This document shows, one piece after another, positions 29,252 to 37,798 of a DNA stretch of 64,000 nt. The stretch lies in NCBI RefSeq assembly GCF_900155735.1, contig NZ_LT707059.1, positions 466,171-530,170 of the forward strand. Reading direction: 5' to 3'. Each line of letters opens with the position of its first letter. The first letter of the stretch is position 1. Origin of the DNA: Intestinibacillus massiliensis (GTDB lineage: Bacteria > Bacillota > Clostridia > Oscillospirales > Butyricicoccaceae). The position numbers and the translations under genes are program-made. Under the pieces are notes generated by a model. That model had not been told where the DNA came from. It worked only from the letters and a program-made list of their open reading frames with translations, and did no database searches.

Positions 29252-29280
29252 TATTTTACGGTACAGGCACAGAAAGGTCA
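29252..29280 (-). promoter_or_regulatory. Sigma70 promoter of hydrogenase operon (minus strand)
   Basis: Minus-strand TTGACC, 17 nt, TAAAAT, with a second TATAAT further downstream. Confidence 0.5.
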
Positions 29281-29298
29281 AGCGTTAACCGGGTCGGG

Positions 29299-29339
29299 AA
29301 AAACATATAATAAAACCCGCGCAGCGAAAGCTGCGCGGG
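29299..29339 (-). terminator. Intrinsic terminator of DedA-family gene
   Basis: ACCCGCGCAGC-gaaa-GCTGCGCGGGT followed on the minus strand by TTTTATTATATGTTTTT. Confidence 0.6.
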
Positions 29340-29347
29340 TAAGGCCG

Positions 29348-30010
29348 CTATGTTTGTTTTTTTAAGGCGCGGCGGTAAATTAGGGCGGAAGCCAGCGCCA
29401 CGCCGGCCAGGAAAGCCAAGGCGCACCAGAAAAGGGGGGAACCCGGGCGTGTGGCCGTGCGGCCAAGCACGGTCGCCGCAACCATCCCCGGGAGCATGCC
29501 GGCGACGGAACCGGCGAGGTATTTCCGATAGGAAAGCCCCATTGCGCCAAGCAGGAGGCTGACTGCATCCAGCGGAAGGCAGGAAATTGCGCGGATAAAG
29601 AAGGAGAAAAACAGTTCCCGCCCCTGATAGAATTGCGTAACGCGCTGCGCCTTGGGGTATTTTTGGAGCAGCGCGGTCACGGACTGCGCGCCGGTAAAAC
29701 GCCCGATCCAATAGGGCAGGGTCGCTTCGAGCGCCGCGCCTGCAAGGTTCACCCCCAGGGCGAGCGGCAGCGGGAAGACAAGGCCGGCGCAGACCTGCAG
29801 TACCACGATGGGGAAGAGGACGGACAGCGCCTTGAGTGCGTAAAGCATCAGCAGGACAAGCGCAGCCGCCAAATAGCTATGGGGGATCACCGCCTGGAGT
29901 TCCTCGACCGTCATACCGCGGGCGCGTACACCGATAAACAGGATACAGGAAAGCATCATGAGTAGGGGAACAGCGCGCAGCAGCCGGAGGCCCCAATGTT
30001 TCCGTTTCAT
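29348..30010 (-). CDS. DedA / TVP38-TMEM64 family membrane protein
   Basis: 220 aa multi-TM protein with DedA-like core. Confidence 0.8.
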   Translation of the reverse strand: MKRKHWGLRLLRAVPLLMMLSCILFIGVRARGMTVEELQAVIPHSYLAAALVLLMLYALKALSVLFPIVVLQVCAGLVFPLPLALGVNLAGAALEATLPYWIGRFTGAQSVTALLQKYPKAQRVTQFYQGRELFFSFFIRAISCLPLDAVSLLLGAMGLSYRKYLAGSVAGMLPGMVAATVLGRTATRPGSPLFWCALAFLAGVALASALIYRRALKKQT

Positions 30011-30102
30011 GGGCTGTCACCTCCCTTATATCTCCATTATAAATCGATTCCTCCCGCTTGCAAAGTGGCGATGTGACGAAAAATACAGCATGGGGACAGT
30101 GA

Positions 30103-30131
30103 TTTGCGTTTTCCGTATCGGGCTGTTATAA
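30103..30131 (+). promoter_or_regulatory. Sigma70-like promoter of crp/fnr-family gene
   Basis: TTGCGT, 17 nt, TATAAT. TGTGA half-site at 30072-30076 upstream. Confidence 0.45.
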
Positions 30132-30175
30132 TAGCATGGTCTACCGAAGTATTTCGCCGGAAGGGGACAGGGTAC

Positions 30176-30838
30176 ATGAAGGAATATTTCCCGTTTTGGA
30201 ACAAACTTACCGCCGTGCAGCAGGCCTTGCTGCGCAATGCCGTGACCGAGCGCCACGCGAAAAAGGGCGAGGTGCTGCATAACGGCTCTGAGGATTGCGT
30301 CGGCCTGCTGCTGGTCAAAGAGGGGCAGCTCCGCGCCTATATGCTGTCCGAGGAAGGGCGCGAAATAACGCTTTACCGCCTGCTCGACCGGGATATATGC
30401 CTGTTTTCCGCCTCCTGTGTCCTGCACAGCATCGCGTTCGACGTTTCCGTCCAGGCGGAACGCGATACGGTATTCCTGCATATCCCCTCTTCGGTTTATC
30501 AGGAACTGATGCAGCAGTCCGCCGCGGTCGCCAATTATACCAACGAGGTCATGGCGTCGCGCTTTTCCGACGTCATGTGGCTGATGGATCAGGTTTTATA
30601 CAAAAGGATGGATGCACGGGTCGCGGCGTTCCTACTTGAGGAGAGCGCGCTCGCCGGCACGGCGGAACTGAAAATCACGCACGAGGCCATTGCGCGCCAT
30701 CTCGGCAGCGCCCGAGAAGTCGTGACGCGCATGCTCAAGTACCTGCAGAACGAGGGGGCGGTCGCCGTTTCCCGCGGAGGCGTCACCATTACAGACGCGG
30801 AGGCGCTCGGGCAAATTGCGGGGGACAGCCTTCGGTGA
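30176..30838 (+). CDS. Crp/Fnr family transcriptional regulator
   Basis: cNMP-binding-like beta-roll plus C-terminal HTH (ITHEAIARHLGSAREVVTRMLKYL). Start MKEYFPFW. Confidence 0.85.
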   Translation: MKEYFPFWNKLTAVQQALLRNAVTERHAKKGEVLHNGSEDCVGLLLVKEGQLRAYMLSEEGREITLYRLLDRDICLFSASCVLHSIAFDVSVQAERDTVFLHIPSSVYQELMQQSAAVANYTNEVMASRFSDVMWLMDQVLYKRMDARVAAFLLEESALAGTAELKITHEAIARHLGSAREVVTRMLKYLQNEGAVAVSRGGVTITDAEALGQIAGDSLR

Positions 30839-30922
30839 AATCACTGTGATTTCGTCACAGTCAGCGGGCTAAATTTGCAGTATCCTATAGTCAACAAGAA
30901 AGAACCGAAAGGAGCATGCAAA

Positions 30923-31237
30923 ATGTCTGCAATTTCTATTACGAAAAACAATTTCCAAGAGGTAATTTCCTCGAAACAGCCTGTACTGATCGATTTCTGG
31001 GCGCCGTGGTGCATGCCGTGCAAAATGTTTGCGCCGGTCGTGGAAGAGGTCGCGCAGGAAAACGCAGGCCAGGTGGCTGTCGGTAAAATCAACATCGACG
31101 AAGAGCCTGAGCTTGCCGCGCAGTTCGGGGTTATGAGCATCCCGACGCTGATCCTGATGAAATCCGGCCGGCCGGTGGCGTCTACCGTTGGCGCACAGCC
31201 CAAGGCCGCCGTCCAGCGCATGATTGATTCCCTATAA
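30923..31237 (+). CDS. trxA: Thioredoxin (atypical WCMPC active site)
   Basis: 104 aa, MSAISITKNNFQEVI...LIDFWAPWCMPCKMFAP. AGGAG RBS. Confidence 0.9.
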   Translation: MSAISITKNNFQEVISSKQPVLIDFWAPWCMPCKMFAPVVEEVAQENAGQVAVGKINIDEEPELAAQFGVMSIPTLILMKSGRPVASTVGAQPKAAVQRMIDSL

Positions 31238-31246
31238 AACAGTGAT

Positions 31247-31285
31247 AAAAAAGCCCGCAACCCATCTGGGGTCGCGGGCTTTTTT
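31247..31285. terminator. Bidirectional intrinsic terminator
   Basis: AAAAAA-GCCCGCAACCC-atct-GGGGTCGCGGGC-TTTTTT between trx and the convergent flotillin gene. Confidence 0.7.
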
Positions 31286-31292
31286 GGCCTGT

Positions 31293-32708
31293 TTATGGCT
31301 GCGGCGCTTCCGAAGGCGGCGCGGCCTCGGTTACGGTCGGGGGCGCAGGTTCGCCCTTGCCGACAAGGAAGTCCGGCAGGTTGACCCCTGCCATCCGGAA
31401 CGTATCTTGAAGGGGTGGGATGGATTTTAGCATACCGGAAAGGAAGTTGGCGGTCGTTGGGGAACCGTCCTTGCCGCCCATGGAATCCCAGACCGTGACC
31501 TTATCGATCTGCAGGTTCTTGATGGCTTCCACCTGGATTTTGACAAGGTCTTCGATCTTGTCCACCAGCATGAGCTGGATAGCTGCGTTGACGTCCCCGC
31601 CGGCGGCCTCGACGACCTTGGAGAAGCCTTCGGCCTGTTTTTCCAGGATGGCCTGGATACCGCGCGCCTGCGCTTCCTGCGTCGCGAAGATTGCGTCCGC
31701 ATCGCCGCGCGCCTTGCGGCGCACCTGTTCGGCCTGCGCTTCGGCCTCGAGTTCCAGGCGCTGCTTTTCAATTTCGGCGTTTACGATGATGTTTGCCTGC
31801 TGGGTCGCCATTTCACGCGCGGCGCGCGCATCCTCGGCGATTTTTTCAGCCGCATAGGCCTCCTCGAGCGCCTTGGCTTCGGCGATTTTTTCAGCCGCCG
31901 TCGCCCGGCGCAGCGCCTCCGCCTGCTTTTCGCGCAGGGTGGCGTCGGACTCGGCGATGGACGCCTTGGATTCGTTCTCGCCGCCGACCGCGCTGGCGTT
32001 CGCTTCCGCGACGCTGATACGCTGGTCGCGCACGGCCTGCGCTTCACCGACCGCGCCGTCGCGGTTTTTCTCCGCGACGGATTTCTTTGCGTCGTTGATG
32101 GCCTTTGCGGCGGCTTCCTTGCCAAGCGCCTCGATGTAGCCGGATTCATCGGTGATATCCGTGATGTTCACGTTGATCAGGCGCAGGCCGATCTTTTTCA
32201 GTTCGGTTTCCACGTTGTGGGAGACCGCGGCGAGCAGCTTGTCACGGTCGGTGTTGATCTCCTCGATGTCCATGGTTGCGATGACCAGACGGAGCTGGCC
32301 GAAGATGATATCCTTTGCAAGCTCCTGGATTTCATTGAGCTTCAGGCCGAGCAGGCGCTCCGCGGCATTTTGCATCACACCGGGTTCTGTCGATACGCCG
32401 ACCGTGAAGCGGGAGGGCACGTCCACGCGGATGTTCTGATGGGACAGCGCGTTGGTCAGGTCTACATTGATGGAAATGGGCGTGAGGTCTAGGTATTGGT
32501 ATGCCTGGATGACCGGCCAGACAAACGCCGCACCGCCGTGGATACAGCGCGAAGAACGGTTTGAGCCGTCGTTGTCTGTGCCGACCTTGCCGTAGATCAC
32601 CATCACTTTGTCGGAAGGGCAGCGGTGGTACCGGGTCAGGATGACGAGCAACATGGAGAACAGCAGCACGGCAACGACCGCAATCAGGATAATGGTGCTA
32701 GGTTGCAT
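31293..32708 (-). CDS. Flotillin-like SPFH/Band 7 protein (FloT/YuaG-like)
   Basis: 471 aa, N-terminal TM, SPFH domain, A/E/K-rich coiled-coil repeats (EA repeats). Confidence 0.9.
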   Translation of the reverse strand: MQPSTIILIAVVAVLLFSMLLVILTRYHRCPSDKVMVIYGKVGTDNDGSNRSSRCIHGGAAFVWPVIQAYQYLDLTPISINVDLTNALSHQNIRVDVPSRFTVGVSTEPGVMQNAAERLLGLKLNEIQELAKDIIFGQLRLVIATMDIEEINTDRDKLLAAVSHNVETELKKIGLRLINVNITDITDESGYIEALGKEAAAKAINDAKKSVAEKNRDGAVGEAQAVRDQRISVAEANASAVGGENESKASIAESDATLREKQAEALRRATAAEKIAEAKALEEAYAAEKIAEDARAAREMATQQANIIVNAEIEKQRLELEAEAQAEQVRRKARGDADAIFATQEAQARGIQAILEKQAEGFSKVVEAAGGDVNAAIQLMLVDKIEDLVKIQVEAIKNLQIDKVTVWDSMGGKDGSPTTANFLSGMLKSIPPLQDTFRMAGVNLPDFLVGKGEPAPPTVTEAAPPSEAPQP

Positions 32709-32738
32709 AGGAAAGCCTCCTTTAATAAATTAATGTTT

Positions 32739-33449
32739 TTATAAGGACAGTGGGCGGACAAGCAGGATGTTGCCGGAAAACAGCCCGACGACCTGCACGG
32801 CCGCGCCGGTGGGCAGGGCGGTTTCATTGTCTGTCATCGCGTCCAGTTCAAGGAACTGGCTTTGCAGCGTGAGGGTGACCTTGCCGGTGCCCGTGCGCGC
32901 AGGGGGGATCGGGATATAGACCGTCCCGGTATGCGCGATCGCTTCCCGGAGCTGCAGGGTGCCGTTTTCCTGCAATTTAAGCGACCATTTCAGCAGGAAG
33001 GCGACGGCGACGAGCGCAGCGGCGCCGCCCGCAAACGCAAGCAGTACGGCAAGCGGCGCCGGGGCTCCGGCGTCGAGCACCGCGACGCCCAACCAGCCGC
33101 CGACGGCAAAGAACGCCACAAAGCCGCGTACGGTAAACAGCCGCACGCCCGATACGTCATGCTCGGCCGGCATATCACCGTCCGGCGCGTCGCTTGCAAG
33201 GCCGGTACCAGGATCGAGCGAAAAATCCTCCGGCACGTCCGGGTCGTAGGGGAGGGAAATATCCAGATCGGGGCTGTCGCCGGGCAGGTCCGGCTGGTCA
33301 AATTCTGTGGCGTCCCCGCCCCCGCCCGCCAGCCCGAACAGCAGCAATACGGTTTGCAGCAGCAGGAGCACGGTTGCAGGGATTGCAACGCACAGGAACG
33401 CCTGTTCAATGCCGGAAATCCCTTGCCACCAAAGCGCGAGTGCCTCCAT
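32739..33449 (-). CDS. NfeD family membrane protein (YuaF-like), flotillin partner
   Basis: 236 aa, TM helices plus C-terminal OB-fold-like segment. Directly upstream of the flotillin gene. Confidence 0.75.
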   Translation of the reverse strand: MEALALWWQGISGIEQAFLCVAIPATVLLLLQTVLLLFGLAGGGGDATEFDQPDLPGDSPDLDISLPYDPDVPEDFSLDPGTGLASDAPDGDMPAEHDVSGVRLFTVRGFVAFFAVGGWLGVAVLDAGAPAPLAVLLAFAGGAAALVAVAFLLKWSLKLQENGTLQLREAIAHTGTVYIPIPPARTGTGKVTLTLQSQFLELDAMTDNETALPTGAAVQVVGLFSGNILLVRPLSL

Positions 33450-33462
33450 AGTAAAGCCTCCT

Positions 33463-34008
33463 TTATAGAAATTGGTTTATCTGATCGAGTGCGCGCCGTT
33501 TGATCACGCCCGCGATATAGAGCATGGACATGGCGGACAACGTCTCCTCCAGACGTTTTTGCAGCATGCCGTCGTTCCCGCAGCGCGCCTGCGCCAGTGC
33601 GCGCACGCGCGCGTCCAGGATACCGTCGCCGGATAAGGGCAAGCCGCGTACAGCCGCGCAAAGGCAGTCGTACAGGCCGGCCTCGGTCATCGCAACCGTA
33701 CCGGTTCCCACAGGGGCGGTCGCGTAGGAGATCAGCGCGACAATTTGCTCAATCTGCAGGTTATCGCGCAGCGCCCCAATGAGCAGGATACGCGGCAGGT
33801 GTGCAAGGCCGTACTTTTTATCGACCGGCTTCGGAACCCAGCGGCGTTTTACCCAGTTTTGTACCGTCGAGCCTTCCAGGCCGGTAATCGCGCTGACTTG
33901 GGACAAGCTCAGCCCGCCGGCTGCCGTAATCAGCGGAAGGATCACGGAAAACGCGCTTTCAGCCCCTCGGGGGTAGGGCAGGGTCGTACCCGGGATGTAT
34001 GTAACCAC
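33463..34008 (-). CDS. DUF1836-like putative HTH protein
   Basis: LSLSQVSAITGLEGSTVQNWVKRRWV HTH-like segment. Probable GTG start at 34008 after GGGAGG. Confidence 0.55.
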   Translation of the reverse strand: MVTYIPGTTLPYPRGAESAFSVILPLITAAGGLSLSQVSAITGLEGSTVQNWVKRRWVPKPVDKKYGLAHLPRILLIGALRDNLQIEQIVALISYATAPVGTGTVAMTEAGLYDCLCAAVRGLPLSGDGILDARVRALAQARCGNDGMLQKRLEETLSAMSMLYIAGVIKRRALDQINQFL

Positions 34009-34051
34009 AACACCGCCTCCCACAATCTGAATTTTACATCTGATGGTAACT

Positions 34052-34080
34052 AAACCTTATCATAGGTTCATGTGAACCGC
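34052..34080. promoter_or_regulatory. Overlapping palindromes AACCTtatcatAGGTTCAtgTGAACC, putative operator
   Basis: Perfect 14-bp palindrome GGTTCATGTGAACC fused to AACCT-N6-AGGTT, 44-70 nt upstream of the DUF1836 gene start. Confidence 0.3.
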
Positions 34081-34405
34081 AAGCAGCAGGAATGCAGAAT
34101 TACTGCGCTAAAATTTGTATATTTTTGTCGAACCTCGAAATACCTTTTTGGGCGCATTGTAAAAAGCTATTAAAAACGTGCTTTAATTAATATTTTATGC
34201 TTTCACATTGAACTTGCTGAAGATGAGACAACACAAAAGCGTAAAATATAAATTCAAAGCGTTGTTTTATGATTGTGTTTCAAAATGTAAAAGAATAATA
34301 TATAAATACAAGATGATTGCAGAGTATAAAGCGGGATATGGGGAGAAATATTACACATCGGTAAAAGTGATATTTATTAATTACATGAAAAGGAGAGGAA
34401 GCGCT

Positions 34406-35782
34406 ATGATACGGGAAAAGACTTTTTACAAAGGATTTATGATTTTGACCTTATCCCTTGCGTTGCAAAACCTGCTTACTTACAGTGTAAACCTCGCAGA
34501 CAACCTGATGCTCGGCGCTTACAGTGAAACTGCGCTTTCTGGCTCCGCCCTTTGCAATCAGATCCACTTCCTGCTGCAGATGCTGGTAGTCGGCGCGGGC
34601 GAAGGCGCGGTGGTGCTGGGCTCGCAATATTGGGGCAAAAAGGACTTGCAGCCGATCCCTCACATAATCGGCGCGGCGATCCGGTTTGGCGGCGCAATGG
34701 CGGCGGTTATGTTCCTCGTGGTGCTGCTGTTCCCGGCGCAGGTGCTCGGGCTGCTGACGAACGACCAGGCGGTCATCGCTGAGGGCGTTAAGTATTTGCA
34801 AATCATTTGCTTCACCTATGTGATTTTTACCGTAACGAATATCCTGACCGCTTCGCTTCGCTCTATCGGCATTGTGAAAATCGGTTATATGATTTCGTTC
34901 TCCACCCTTTGCATCAATATTTGCCTGAACTATTGCCTGATTTACGGGCATTTTGGATTCCCGCGTCTCGGCATCCGCGGCGCGGCGGTTGCGACGCTGA
35001 TTTCGCGCTGCGTTGAACTGGGGATTGTTGTCTGGTACCTCAAATATCGCGAGCACCTGCTGAACCTGTCCTTTAAAAAGCTGCTGCATATCGATACCTC
35101 CTACATCCGGGATTATAAAAAAGTGTCCCTGCCGGTTTTGTTTAACCAGGCGCAGTGGGGCGTGGCGCAGATGGTGCAAACCGGTATCCTGGGGCACATG
35201 GGCGCGGCGGCGATTGCCGCAAACTCCATAGCAACTATTGTATTCCAGATCCTTTCGGTTGTCGCATATGGCGCGGCCAGCGCCTCGGGTATCACGGTCG
35301 GCCGCACGATCGGGGAGGGGAACAGCCACAAACTCCGCGAGCTTGTACATACCCTCCAGGTGCTGTTTCTCGCGATTGGTGTTGCGTCGGGCGCTTTGAT
35401 TTTCCTGGCGCGCACACCGATCCTATCGCTGTACAATATCTCCGCAGAAGCCCATAACCTGGCGATGCAGTTTATGCTGATACTGGCCATTACCACGGTC
35501 GGCACATCCTATCAGATGGCATGCGATAACGGCATCATCCGCGGCGGCGGCGACACTAAATTCAGTATGAAACTGAACGCGGTCAGCATGTGGTGTATCG
35601 TCGTACCGCTGTCCGCAATCGCGGCGTTTGCACTGCATTGGCCGCCGGTTGCAGTTTTCTTCCTGCTCAAATGGGATCAGCTTTACAAGGCAATTCCGGT
35701 GATTATCCGATTGAGAAGCTGGAAATGGGTCAAAAAGGTTACCCGTCCGGATGCGCCGCCCGCGCCGGTGCAGGCCACATAA
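34406..35782 (+). CDS. MATE family efflux transporter (lower-GC gene with AT-rich leader)
   Basis: Start MIREKTFYKGF with AAAAGGAGAGGAAG RBS. 12-TM MATE architecture. Confidence 0.85.
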   Translation: MIREKTFYKGFMILTLSLALQNLLTYSVNLADNLMLGAYSETALSGSALCNQIHFLLQMLVVGAGEGAVVLGSQYWGKKDLQPIPHIIGAAIRFGGAMAAVMFLVVLLFPAQVLGLLTNDQAVIAEGVKYLQIICFTYVIFTVTNILTASLRSIGIVKIGYMISFSTLCINICLNYCLIYGHFGFPRLGIRGAAVATLISRCVELGIVVWYLKYREHLLNLSFKKLLHIDTSYIRDYKKVSLPVLFNQAQWGVAQMVQTGILGHMGAAAIAANSIATIVFQILSVVAYGAASASGITVGRTIGEGNSHKLRELVHTLQVLFLAIGVASGALIFLARTPILSLYNISAEAHNLAMQFMLILAITTVGTSYQMACDNGIIRGGGDTKFSMKLNAVSMWCIVVPLSAIAAFALHWPPVAVFFLLKWDQLYKAIPVIIRLRSWKWVKKVTRPDAPPAPVQAT

Positions 35783-35854
35783 TGTTGGAACCATCCGCCT
35801 CGCCCGGCCGCCCTTCCCCTGGGGCGGCCGGTGGCTTGGATTGACATACCGTGT

Positions 35855-35892
35855 GTACGAAGCCCCCAGGCAATTGCCTGGGGGCTTCGTAC
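35855..35892. repeat. Perfect 38-nt palindrome (17-bp stem, AATT loop) within a hairpin cluster 3' of the MATE gene
   Basis: GTACGAAGCCCCCAGGCAATTGCCTGGGGGCTTCGTAC. Flanked by hairpin CCGGCCGCCC-ttcccct-GGGCGGCCGG (35805-35832) and a weaker CCCC-aggaaaa-GGGG-CTTTTT hairpin. Confidence 0.6.
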
Positions 35893-36104
35893 GCTGTAAC
35901 CCGGGCTGCACCCCAGGAAAAGGGGCTTTTTGCCACGGATATAAACGCAGAATCCCCGGCGGCACGCCCAAATGTATGGCTGCGGCAGTACATCAGTTCA
36001 ATCGTGCCCAGCCGGTTCTGAGCCGGATCATAAACGGCACAATTGCAATTGTATGCGGTTTATGCTAAGGTAAAAGAAAATTGGGGACAAGAGGGGAAAG
36101 CGCA

Positions 36105-37787
36105 ATGCAAAATAAGGGGAAAACGCGCACGCTGCGGCACCGGCTGCTGCGGTATTTCGTTTTGGTTGCGCTGCTGCCGGCGTTGCTGATCATGCTGCTT
36201 TATTTCGGGTTTACCCAGCATGAGACGCGCAGGCAGATGGAAAACGACAGCCGCAGCCTGCTGACGCATGCGATGGACAAGATTGAAAACAAGGCCGGCC
36301 AGGCCAACGAACTGGTCAGCTGGATCCTGCAAAACGACGACGTGAACGCCATCCTTTCGCGCAGCGGCCAGGCGCAGTATGGGGAGGACGATTACCGCCT
36401 GATGCAGTCCATACGGTCGCAGTTCTACTATCGCCCGATTTCCCGGTATATCCTATCGCTGTTCATATTGGGGGATAACGGCGCAGATATCCGCGGGGGG
36501 ACGGAAGCGTCCCTGATATCCCCGCAGCAGGCACGCGCGCTGACGGTACAAACGCAGGGGGCGGACGAGTACTGGGGGCAGGAAATCCCGAACCTGACCT
36601 CGCTGACAGAAGACAGCCGGGTCATTTATTACAGGCACCCTATTTATGACCGCCAGAGTGGGGAGCACCTGGGGGAACTTGTAATCTTATTCTCCGGCAC
36701 GCTCTTTTCGGAGGAGTTTGCCGACCTGCTTGTCGGGACGGAGAACAAAATCGTACTATATAACCGGTCGGGCGGCATGCTGCTGTCCATAGGCGAACCC
36801 CCTAAGGACGACGCGCTGCGTTTTGCGGCGGATTCCTTGTCGACAGGATGGCGGCTGGAACAGGAAGCGTCCGCGGCAATGCTGGACGCCCAGCGGCGTA
36901 CCGCCGCCGTATCGACCGTGCTGCTTGCAGTCGTGGTATGCGCGATGATGGTGTCCCTGGCGGCATTCTTATCGCGCAACCTGGCGGCGCCCGTGGAGCG
37001 GATTTCACGGCATGTCGAGCGGATTTCACAAGGGGATTTCCGTCACGAACCGATGCCGCAGGAGGATGGCGAATTGGGGCGGCTCAGCCGGGAAATCCAG
37101 CGGATGGGCGACGATATCGAAGGGCTGCTGCGCCAGCAGGAGGAAAAGCAGAGGCTGGAACTGCGCATGCTGCAATCGCAGATGAACCCGCATTTCCTGT
37201 ATAATACCTTAAGCTCCATTAAACTGATGGCGGCAATGCAGGGGAAGACCGGCATCAGCAGCATGATAGAGGCGCTGGGGAAGCTCCTGCGCGCCAATTT
37301 GGCAGGCAGCCGGGAGGTTGTCACCCTGGCGGAGGAGTTAGAGCTGCTTGATAGTTATCTGTACATCCAGAATACGCGCTTAAAGGGCAAGCTGCGCTAC
37401 GAAACAGTGGTTCCGGAGGGGCTGCTTTGCTGTGAAACGCCCAAGTTTATCTTGCAGCCGGTGGTCGAAAACGCGATTTTGCACGGCCTTGAGGGTTTGC
37501 CGCAGGGCGGCACGGTGCGCGTAATCGCGGAACGCCAGGGCGGGACCTTACGCATCACTGTCCGCGACGACGGCGTGGGGATGGCGGCGGGCACGCTGGG
37601 CAAGCTGCGCCGCGCGCTGGACCGCATGGCAGACGCCGATACGCTGGAGCGCAGCCACAGCATCGGCTTATACAATGTGCAGGCGCGGTTGCGGCTGCGC
37701 TACGGACAGGGGTACGGCGTGCAGATTTGGTCAGAATCCGGTGCAGGGACGGCGGTTTGCCTGTCCTTGCCGTACCGGGCGCAATAA
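36105..37787 (+). CDS. Sensor histidine kinase (YesM/LytS-type His_kinase plus HATPase)
   Basis: Two TM helices flanking a sensor domain, HAMP, MNPHFLYNTLSSI His-kinase motif, GxGxG ATPase motifs. Confidence 0.85.
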   Translation: MQNKGKTRTLRHRLLRYFVLVALLPALLIMLLYFGFTQHETRRQMENDSRSLLTHAMDKIENKAGQANELVSWILQNDDVNAILSRSGQAQYGEDDYRLMQSIRSQFYYRPISRYILSLFILGDNGADIRGGTEASLISPQQARALTVQTQGADEYWGQEIPNLTSLTEDSRVIYYRHPIYDRQSGEHLGELVILFSGTLFSEEFADLLVGTENKIVLYNRSGGMLLSIGEPPKDDALRFAADSLSTGWRLEQEASAAMLDAQRRTAAVSTVLLAVVVCAMMVSLAAFLSRNLAAPVERISRHVERISQGDFRHEPMPQEDGELGRLSREIQRMGDDIEGLLRQQEEKQRLELRMLQSQMNPHFLYNTLSSIKLMAAMQGKTGISSMIEALGKLLRANLAGSREVVTLAEELELLDSYLYIQNTRLKGKLRYETVVPEGLLCCETPKFILQPVVENAILHGLEGLPQGGTVRVIAERQGGTLRITVRDDGVGMAAGTLGKLRRALDRMADADTLERSHSIGLYNVQARLRLRYGQGYGVQIWSESGAGTAVCLSLPYRAQ

Positions 37788-37798
37788 GGGGGGATATT

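Noticed and set aside
29279-29281. TTG start codon proposed by the ORF track for the GltD-like gene (27371..29281)
   Set aside because: The TTG is part of the TTGACC -35 hexamer of the operon promoter, so it cannot be translated. The start was moved to ATG 29224 (a TTG 18 nt further downstream with GGGGAG is an alternative).
25508-29345. hydE/hydF/hydG maturase genes near hydA
   Set aside because: They are not present in this window. The flanking genes are a deacetylase and a DedA-family protein.
34208-34405. N-terminal extension of the second MATE gene (MNLLKMRQHKSVKYKFK...)
   Set aside because: This is a Lys-rich translation of an AT-rich spacer with no RBS. A strong RBS precedes the ATG at 34406, and TM1 begins about 10 residues after it.
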